A stretch of DNA of 64,000 nucleotides from Octopus vulgaris. Taxonomy: Eukaryota. The stretch lies in contig OX597826.1 in the NCBI GenBank assembly GCA_951406725.2, positions 51,646,001 through 51,710,000 on the forward strand, read 5' to 3'. Both the position numbers and the translations under genes were made by a program. The notes under the pieces were generated by a model, which was given only the letters and a program-made list of their open reading frames with translations, had not been told where the DNA came from and made no database searches. Of this stretch, positions 54,061 to 64,000 are shown piece after piece (the stretch's first letter is position 1; each line of letters starts with the position of its first letter).

Positions 54061-54721
54061 AATTATCATCTCCATTTAATTTTTTTATTTGCAAATTATA
54101 TTTTCAGATAAACCTATTTTACGATCAAGTCACTAAAACCATGAAACTTAGTACTTTCATTATTTAACATATACATTTGAAAGTAGCGTGTAACTTCAAG
54201 CATTGCGGTAGTAGCTGATATTTATTGTATGCTACTACTACTGTATTAGTATTACGTGCACTTTCTGTCGATTCTCTTCGTATTTACTAATGATTCACTG
54301 CTGCCTCTTACTGGCATTACTCTCTGCTACCGCTCATTGTACTACACTGCATTACTCTCTCCTTCACTGTTAGCTGCGCATTCTCCTACGACTGATGATA
54401 CCTTTCTCTATCTGCTACTTAAATAAATAATGATAAATATTTACATACGCGAAATTAACATTTTCCTACAAAATAAACAGGACCAGTCATTTGACTTTTT
54501 TTTTTTTTACCAGACGTCTGTATTTTGTAGGTGATAACAAGCTCTATTCATCCTTTTTTACCCCGCAAGTCTACTTTCTATTCATGACTTCTAGGCGAAT
54601 GTAGAGGACGTGTAGAATTAAGTGTTCTGCTTAGAAGTAGAAAATTATACTGGCAGTGGATTTGAACTCAGAAACCATAACTTGTCTCCTAGTTTATGTA
54701 CTAATCGTTATCGTTTATCCT

Positions 54722-54799
54722 CTGCTGCTGTCTCTGCTGATGTTACTACTGCTGCTGCTGCTACTACTACTACTACTACTAATACTGCTGCTGCTGCTG

Positions 54800-54847
<48 letters not shown>
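54722..54847. repeat. (GCT)n/(ACT)n microsatellite
   Basis: Directly visible. Confidence 0.92.
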
Positions 54848-55143
54848 TCACGTGCAACTACTATTGAGAAAGAAGCTCCTTAACTGCTACTATTGTTTCT
54901 ATTAGCCATCACACTGCAACAATGAGGTGAGCTGACAATTACTAGAGCATCAGAAAAAACTGCTTTGCAGTATTTGTTCCGACGTTTTATGTTCTCAGTA
55001 GAAATCCCGCGGAAGTCAACTTAGTCTTTTATTCTTTTGGGGTCGATAAAGTAATGCACCAGTCAAATAGAGGAGCCGATCGCATCGACTGATGCCCACA
55101 CCTCAAATCAATGCACCCCTGATTAATGGTATTGTACGTTACC

Positions 55144-55511
55144 TATTTCTTTACTACCCACAAGGGGCTAAACACAGACGGGACAAACAAGGACAGACAA
55201 ACGGAATAAGTCGATTACATCGACCCTAGTGCGTAACTGGTACTTATTTAATCGACCCCGAAAGGATAAAAGGTAAAGTCGACCTCGACTGAATTTGAAC
55301 TCTGAACGTAGCGACAGACAAAATACTTGTTTCTTTACTACCCACAAGGGGCTAAACACAGAGGGGACAAACAAGGACAGACAAACGGATTAAGTCGATT
55401 ACATTGACCCTAGTGCGTAACTGGCACTTATTTAATCGACCCCGAAAGGATGAAAGCAAAGTCGACCTCGGCGGAATTTGAACTCAGAACGTAACGGCAG
55501 ACAAAATATAA
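55144..55511 (-). mobile_element. Headless tandem dimer of SINE family B with 14-bp TSD
   Basis: Two ~184-bp units; tattgtacgttacc at 55130-55143 and 55512-55525. Confidence 0.9.
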
Positions 55512-56186
55512 TATTGTACGTTACCGTTAATAATTGCAAGTGTTGATTTCCCCCTTATTGTATAATGTCTATGAGAAAAACACTGTCAGTAAGAATAAAT
55601 AATCTGCGTCAAACATATCATGTTTGACTGCTATTAATTACGAAATGTATTACTGTAGCTTATAACCGACGCTAACATTTAGTACCGCAATGTGGGCGCA
55701 TAGTTTGCGAAAGGGTGATATAAAGTAACGTGCGATCAGAAACCTTAAAGGCTACAAGGCCAGACAAAACTGTGGCCAAGTGCGAACACTGAGACATAGA
55801 TGATGAGATCGATGATGCAAGACTAAAATGTTAGATGTTATACATGTGGTTACAAAAGAAAATTGAATCACGGGACTTCCCTTCTCTCAATGGTAATTAC
55901 ATATAGGGAAGTTGAAAGTATCTGGGGAGAGATACGTTACTGGACTATGAAACTATGCGCCGGCAGTTCGTACACTTGTGCAGAAGCTGAGGGTGACTAT
56001 GATAAAGCCATGTAACTCCGAATGTTCAATTTACTTAGTATTATATAAATACCAACGCAAACTATAAGTCATTCAGGAAATAACGAATGTTAAAGAAATT
56101 AGAACATATTTGTTTACAGTAAGAATATGTGTGCGTGTGTCTGTGCGACTGAGCGTGTGTGCATCTATGTATATATTAATTTTGTA

Positions 56187-56230
<44 letters not shown>

Positions 56231-56266
56231 CATGCACACACACATACACACGGACACACATATATA

Positions 56267-56420
56267 CAGGGTTGGCTAAAAGTCACCTGACAGTAAATCA
56301 AAACCATTATATTCCAACATTTATTTGTCTAACGACTGAATGATTTTAATAAAAGCATCTAAATATGAAACATCATGAAAATTGTTCAAACTGAAGTCCT
56401 TCTTCTGCGACACAGTTTTC
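56267..56420 (+). mobile_element. Tc1/mariner-like single end
   Basis: TA-CAGGGTTGGCTAAAAGT resembles the MITE TIR at 15516; no partner TIR seen. Confidence 0.5.
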
Positions 56421-56425
56421 AATAC

Positions 56426-56481
<56 letters not shown>

Positions 56482-56498
56482 GCGTGTGTGTATATATG

Positions 56499-56533
<35 letters not shown>

Positions 56534-56545
56534 ATGTATGTATAT

Positions 56546-56762
56546 ATTCACTCAGCTGTAAAAATGAGTTGCGACGTCACAGGTGCCAAGCTGTATCAGC
56601 TTTTGCTTTTCCCTTGGATTACACTGGTGACGTGGAGAAGGGATGCCGGTATGCTTGGGCGACTGCTGGTCTTCCATAAAAACAACCTTCTCCGGACTTG
56701 TGCCAGGGAGGGTAACTTTCTAGGTGCAATCCCATGGTCAGTCATGACCAAAGGTGGTCTTA
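56546..56762 (+). mobile_element. GC-richer interspersed repeat fragment (probable SINE body or 3' part) between microsatellites
   Basis: Sharp composition change; attcactcagctgtaaa start resembles SINE central domains; family not identified. Confidence 0.4.
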
Positions 56763-56765
56763 GAT

Positions 56766-56813
<48 letters not shown>

Positions 56814-56814
56814 A

Positions 56815-57378
<564 letters not shown>

Positions 57379-57389
57379 TATACATATAT

Positions 57390-57552
57390 CGTAGGAGTGA
57401 CTGTGTGGTAAGTAGCTTGCTTACCAACCACATGGCTCCGGATTCAGTCCGACTGCGTGGCACCTTGGGCAAGTGTCTTCTACTATAGCTTCGGGCCGAC
57501 CAAAGCCTTGTGAGTGGATTTGGTAGACGGAAACTGAAAGAAGCCCATCGTA
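57390..57552 (+). mobile_element. SINE family A, 5' half
   Basis: Near-identical to 5749-5912. Confidence 0.9.
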
Positions 57553-58472
57553 TATTTATTTATATGTATATGTATATATATGTATATATATGTATGTGTG
57601 TGTGTGTGTATGAGTGTGTGTGTGTGTGTCTTTGTTTATACATACATGTATGTATATACGTATGTTGGAACCTTTCTAACAACGATTTCGCATCGAAAAA
57701 TATAGTGACTTATAGTGACATATTTTAGTATGTTAAAAAAATGGAGACAAGTTTTCTAAATATAGCCTTAAAAATATAAGGCAATACCAATATCAGCTAT
57801 ATTTCATGTTACTATTGTTTTTGTTGTTGCACATTGTTTTTAACATGTGGTTAACCCTGGTAGAGTATACCTGCGATCAACGCGTTTCTAGGTTTGACCA
57901 CCGTCGCGTTATCAAGAATTTATTTCAAATATATCTTCACTAATGTATCTCTCCTTGTTAGACAAATATAATCTTTGGTTTCCATTGCCAAAACGGCGAG
58001 GAAATAGGTACATATTGTCGCTTGTGCTCACATTTTATTTCCTAGCTGCCTGCCATCAGTTCAGAACAGCTGCTTCGGTAGAAAATATTTTAGAAAGTAA
58101 TGTAGCTGTTTATGTAATTAACTTCCTTACTTGTTCATATTTTAACGGAATTTCAATAGTACGTGAGATATTCTGTTTTCCTAATAGTCCTGCATTAAGT
58201 GTTCTTAATCACTCTTAATGATTTGTACATTTGTTTCAGAGTTAAAATGATGTCGTCTGTAACAAAATATACTAGTAACTGATATTGTAGTGGGGAGATT
58301 TTCAAGAACTTTTCTTGCGGTTTTCAGGAAGCAAATCTTTTCACCACATAGCCATGTTTGCCTCCGTGCATTTTAGCAAAAGTTTTACAATATGTCACAA
58401 ATGCATTTTAACAGCTAAATTTCAAATAAAGAAGATATGATTCAGCAGTAAATAAGATATCAAGCCCGCAAG

Positions 58473-58509
<37 letters not shown>

Positions 58510-58667
58510 TTTTTACGTTGATTTATAGTGAAAAATGTAACATACTCTTTACATATCTATTATACTTTTACAGTTTTACAGTCCGGTCTAAAATTACCAG
58601 CGCGAAACATCACCTTAGATATATATATATACGCTAATATGAATTTACATATAATTATATGTATATA

Positions 58668-58698
<31 letters not shown>

Positions 58699-59569
58699 GG
58701 ATGGATGTGCATGTGTCTGTCTTCATATGTTTCATCGTGTTACATCTTTCCTGTCTTTTAATCATGTCGTCTTACTTTGAAGAATTAGTATTATTTTGAT
58801 TTATTCACGTATATTTGAACTATTATTGAAATTGTTTGCTTCGTTTTGCCTTGATTTGTGAGCAATATCTGTCTTGCTTCATCTTCCCTATCTTTGCATT
58901 TTACACTTCTATTTTTATGTCCCAGTTAAATTATCCAATTCCATTGATCTTTGCCTTTGAAAAGAAATCTCACTAACTTCGTTTGATACATTTTACTTTA
59001 TTTCTGTCACTTGTCGTTCTTGAAATAAACTTTTTTCTTATTATAATATAAATATTAGATGTTCACTTGAGATACACTCAATGCAAGTAAACTAACGAGT
59101 ACTATATCGTTTGACGTCGTAGTTTCATTTCATAGAGTTCGTCACAAAAATAAAAATAATAATTAATTAATCTAATTAATAGTTTGTGAGAAAACGGAAA
59201 ACGAAGAAATTGGTAATATGCATCATTAAAAATCTTACTGAACAGTTCATGAGGTTGAATCAGATTTGATATTAAGTGTTAGACCTTGATCATTAGTTTT
59301 GTAAAAGCAGTTAAAATGCTTTCTCTCTGTCTCTTTCTCTCTCCAATATCTCTACTTAAAGTAGTTGTAAAACATCAGATTTTATTATCCAAACATCCTA
59401 CAAACCGTTCCACACCTCAAAATTATGTAATAATTCATGTTTATATTTTCATTTTATTCACGCTTTACATAGACAAATATTTAAAGCGGCAACGACCTAC
59501 ATGCATCACGCAAATCTACTTCAGGAAACTCTGCTTTTCTTTAGCTTAAATAACTCTTTTATTTCAAGT

Positions 59570-60040
59570 TGTGTGTCTCTGCCGATAATATCAATGCAGC
59601 CGAGTGGTCTCTGTCTTTTATTATGGCGCGGAAAACTCTAAAATATGAAATCTGATATGGTTTCGTGTTCAGCATAAGAGCAGTGGCCAGAAAAGCTATC
59701 CTGCGTTAAGTAATGATAATAGAGATGAGTTGAACCTATCTATAAATCGCCTGCGCAGACAGGCGCTCACGTCGTCAGACATTTTGTATCCTCATGAGAA
59801 ACCTGGATAAAAGTGCATATAAGCTCCTTCGTAATCTCTACACAAGTCGTAAAGAACGTGTGGGCTTCTTGACTTCAAATACTTGAGCGCTAGGTATTTT
59901 GGAACTTGTTACAGACACTGCTCTAAAGAAGTCTTTGTTACTATCAGCGGCCTAGGACCCAGGGTACTTGAAGTTGCTAACCTTACCGGAGCTAACTGGT
60001 TGGTGCTTTTTATTTTCGTTTATGGCCAGTCTTTCAGAGT
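59570..60040 (-). mobile_element. Old RTE-clade LINE fragment
   Basis: Minus strand KVSNFKYPGS..DSNKDF, FLMRIQNV, SGHCSYAEHETISDFIF parallels the RTE at 34742. Confidence 0.65.
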
Positions 60041-60111
60041 TTTTTGCTTATAGAAGCAGAACGAGTCAATTTTCACACGCTGGTGATTATATAATATTTA
60101 TTCAATAATAA

Positions 60112-60509
60112 GGTTGCGAGCTGGCAGAATCGTTAGCACGCCGGGCGAAATGCTCAGCGGCATTTCGGCTGCCGTTACGTTCTGAGTTCAAATTCCGCCG
60201 AGGCCGACTTTGCCTTTCATTCTTTCGGGGTCGATAAATTAAGAACCAGTTACGCACTGGGATCGATATAATCGACTTAATTCGTCTGTCTGTCCTTGTT
60301 TGTCTCCTCTGTGTTTAGCCCATTGTGGGTAGTAAAGGAATTGGTATTTCGTCTGTCTTTACGTTCTGAGTTCAAATTCCGACGAGGTCGACTTTGACTT
60401 TCATTCTTTCGTAGTTGATTAATTAAGCACCAGTTGCGTACTGGAGTCGATTTAATTGACTGGCCCCCCTCCCCCCAAATTTTTGGCCTTGTGCCTAGAG
60501 TAGAAAGGA
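60112..60509 (+). mobile_element. SINE family B composite (tail 2a)
   Basis: Junction gtaaaggaattggtatttcg at about 60332-60351. Confidence 0.9.
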
Positions 60510-60524
60510 ATAATTTTTCAATAA

Positions 60525-60729
60525 TCCTTTCTACCAGGTCTGAAATTTGGGGGGGGGGTATAGTCAATTACATCGACTCCAGTGCTTGACTCGTACATAT
60601 ATTATCGACTCGAAAATGATGAAAGTCAAAGTAGACCCCTTTCGAAATTTGAACTCAGAACGTAAAGACAGACGAAATACTGCTAAGCATTTTGCCCGCC
60701 CTGCTAACGATTCTGCTAGCTGGTCGCCT
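60525..60729 (-). mobile_element. SINE family B, tail-to-tail with the preceding copy
   Basis: cctttctac...aatttgaactcagaacgtaaagacagacgaaatactgctaagc. Confidence 0.88.
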
Positions 60730-60995
60730 TTATGCACATTTCATAATGAAAGCTGCTTCACATCACTAAACACCAAACTGTAAGTTCGTGTTGAATTGAC
60801 GGTCACATAATGCCGACTCTGGATTAAAGCTGTTTTATCTCTCAAACAGACATTGCATTTCATCCGTTTGACTTCGAAAGTATGAAAAGGGGTTAAGAAA
60901 ATAAGTCACAGTAAAATACTGGGGTCCATGTAATCGACTCACGCCCTCCTACGAACTTGCTACCCTTGTGGCAAAAATTGAAACCATTATTATTA

Positions 60996-61045
<50 letters not shown>

Positions 61046-61128
61046 GTTGTTGTTGTTGTTGTTATAATTACTATTATTATTATTAAGTCGTTTATGATTA
61101 GGTTGATTATGAATACACAAACACATTC

Positions 61129-61196
<68 letters not shown>

Positions 61197-61559
61197 GAAA
61201 TATTAAAATAACTAAGTCTCTCTAAAAGAGAATAGCTAACTTAAGTCGATGGCCTCATGGAGCTAATAAGCGGACAGCTTTTTTCTTATTTTTATAAGAA
61301 TGCCATATTAGTATGGCGATAACTATTATTTTATATATATATATATATATATTGAGTAGAGAATTTCAGACAAGGTCTATAGAAAAACGCAGGGAAAAAT
61401 GACACACAATGCCTGAACATGCCCATCGTTCATCAGTTATCAGAGAAAATTAAATCATCACAATTTTGCGCCATTATTGATAATATTTTCCATTTTGGCG
61501 GGATAAGTGAGCGGATGAAAAGGCCTGTATTCCTGATGTTCACACACACACCCCTCGAC

Positions 61560-61593
<34 letters not shown>

Positions 61594-61646
61594 TTGATGA
61601 TGATAAAAGAAGATATTCTTCTTATCATTATTATTAAGGCAGCTAA

Positions 61647-62040
61647 GGCTGCGAGCTGGCAGAAACGTTAGCACGCCGGGCGAAATGCGAAGCCGTATTT
61701 CGTCTGCCGTTACGTTCTGAGTTCAAATTCCGCCGAGGTCGACTTTGCCTCTCATCCTTTCGGGGTCGATGAATTAAGTACCAGTTATGCACTGGGGTCG
61801 ATGTAATCGACTTAATCCGTTTGTCTGTCCTTGTTTATCCTCTCTGTGTTTAGCCCCTTGTGGGTAGTAAAGAAATATGTATTTCGTCTGCCGCTACGTC
61901 CTTAATTCAAATTCCGCTGAGGTCGACTTTGCCTTTCATACTTTCGGGGTCGATTAAATAAGTACCAGTGACACTGAGGTCGATGTAATCGACTTATTCC
62001 CTTTCCCAAAATGGCTGCCCTTGTGGCAAAATTTGAAATC
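61647..62040 (+). mobile_element. SINE family B composite (tail 2b) with 23-bp flanking direct repeat
   Basis: Junction gtaaagaaatatgtatttcg; atcattattattaaggcagctaa at 61624-61646 and 62038-62060. Confidence 0.92.
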
Positions 62041-62060
62041 ATTATTATTAAGGCAGCTAA

Positions 62061-62200
62061 GGCAGCGAGCTAGCAGAATAGATTGCACGCTGGGCTAAAT
62101 ACTTAGCGGCAGTTCGTCCGTCTTCGTGGTCTGATTTCAAATGCGGCCGAGGTTCACTTTACAATTCTCTTTTCGGTGTCGATAAAATAAGTACGAATTG
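62061..62200 (+). mobile_element. Diverged SINE family B copy
   Basis: ggcagcgagctagcagaat...ggtgtcgataaaataagtac. Confidence 0.8.
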
Positions 62201-62510
62201 AACTGCTAACATTTGAAATTATTATTTTGATAAAGGCAAGAAGCTGAGAGAATAATTAGCGCGTCAGACAAAATGCTTTACTACATTTCATGCAGTTCCT
62301 AAGGTTTTGAATTGAAATAATACACGCATACGGGAAAGCCTACTTTTCTCTGTCCAGGGCTTATATGCCCCATTATTAGATTATTTTCTTTAGTCATTTG
62401 CACGGTGATCTCTATAAGCTTTAAGCCTAGAAATAATACCATATATATATACGTACATAATCCAATTATATGTATATGTACATAACTCCATTATATATAT
62501 ATATATATAT

Positions 62511-62800
62511 ATATTGCTATATTTCGGAATGGTCATTTTGCCAGTTTAGCCAATAAAAACACACGCACTATATATTTGATGTTACTTTGCTTCAGTGTTA
62601 TTTATTTTTTACATTAATCTTAATCTTATTTCGGCCAGAGATCTTTCGTCACACTCCTGTAACCGCATCAGTGGTCCTTTGTTTTCTTCTTTCTTATTTG
62701 TGTCTCCCCTTACTAACCGTTATTGGCTAAACTGGCAAATTGACCATTCCGAAATATAACAATATCTGTTTCACATAAAAAAATCTTGCACAACAAATAT
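62511..62800 (-). mobile_element. (TA)n-embedded fold-back element with hammerhead-like motif
   Basis: 46-bp inverted arms 62511-62556 and 62720-62765 (2 mismatches); TA tracts on both sides. Confidence 0.8.
62633..62677 (-). ncRNA. Minimal hammerhead-like motif with variant core
   Basis: Minus strand ggaCCA-CTGATGCG-GTTACA-ggag-TGTGAC-GAAA-GATC-TC-TGGcc. Confidence 0.6.
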
Positions 62801-62808
62801 ATAAACGT

Positions 62809-62863
<55 letters not shown>

Positions 62864-63517
62864 AATTAGATATTGATATTAATAACTGTGGTGCATATAT
62901 AATATCGTAGCTATGACGAGCTTCTTTAGCGTAATTTGTACATCAACTCACCTATGAGTAGTATTTGTATTAAACGTAACAGGGTCGGTTGAAACAAGGT
63001 GACAAAACAATAAATGAATAGCATTTATCTAATCAATATCGTTATCTTTCTCAATAAATATGGTTTAACGTAGTATATTCAGGTGTGGTCATGTTAATTG
63101 TTATTTAAAAGTTATTAACTTCTGACAGTTAGATTACAAATATGTATAATATGACGTTGCTATGTGGACAGGAAAATTATCAACTGCAAACAAAAAAACA
63201 AAAAGTAAAAATAAGAGTAAAAACTTACAACCTAATGGAATTAGGCGTTTTTATGTGGTTGCACAGTATCTGAGGGTGTGGTCGGAAATGAACTTTTGCA
63301 AATTAAGCTAATTTTTTTTCTTGGTTTATATTTTATGTAATATTTTAGAATAGTCTCATGAAGGGATGGCGTTATCTAAGAATGTACTGGTTCAATACCT
63401 AATATATTTTGGGGTGGTTAATATCCATAAAATAACAACGGGTTTATATATCATATGAGGATATGTACGTATGTACTTGTAATTTCATGTAAATAATTGT
63501 GAATGTCCCTGTGTGTC

Positions 63518-63612
<95 letters not shown>

Positions 63613-64000
63613 ATATATATACATATATATGTACATGTGTTTATGTATATATGTGTATGTATCTATCTATCTATATATATATATATATTTATAAATACAT
63701 ACATATATATATATATATGTACATGTGTATATATTTTTATATGTATGTGTGTATATATCTATATATACTGAATCTACAGATGAATGTATGATCGCGTGAT
63801 TGCAAATATATGTGTAATTTTATATATAGATGTGTTTTTCTCAGTTTTTATATATAAAATACAAATATAATTGAATTCCTCACCTCATTCATATTGTAGT
63901 TTATTCACATTTAATTTAATCTACAATCTCTATTTACTTACTCTTCGTTACCCTAATTATATTTGCATACTATATCTTACGCATAACAAACCTGTTTCCC

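Noticed and set aside
55144-55511. Regularly spaced repeats suggestive of a CRISPR array
   Set aside because: Units are ~184-bp SINE segments without unique spacers, in eukaryotic DNA with no cas genes
55690-56030. Possible old LINE RT fragment (KATRPDKTVA)
   Set aside because: Too degenerate to assign by eye

Overview
AT-rich, microsatellite-saturated eukaryotic non-coding DNA. Three recurring tRNA-derived SINE families and the (TA)n/(TG)n/(AAT)n load point to an Octopus-like cephalopod genome (inference from recalled repeat families; no search run). No intact host gene is evident, and most of the ORF track is translated microsatellite or SINE. Recognisable coding remnants are all transposon-derived: a Penelope-like RT+GIY-YIG relic (11.5-12.9 kb), a Ty3/Gypsy gag relic, RTE fragments, L1/Tx1-like fragments, a mariner fragment, an R4/Dong-like RLE LINE in (TAA)n, plus a Tc1/mariner MITE. 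The most notable signal is a set of short, mutually dissimilar fold-back elements embedded in (TA)n tracts. Several carry type I hammerhead ribozyme motifs: one canonical at 20449-20528, near-canonical ones at 57051-57091 and 62633-62677, and weaker variants elsewhere. They probably represent non-autonomous Penelope-derived, retrozyme-like elements. Other leads are a strong recursive-splicing (AG|GTAAGT) site with a 72-nt candidate RS-exon at 42335, a SINE that repeatedly joins to itself at one fixed nucleotide, and a complex inverted duplication at an RTE insertion. All alignments and folds were done by eye.
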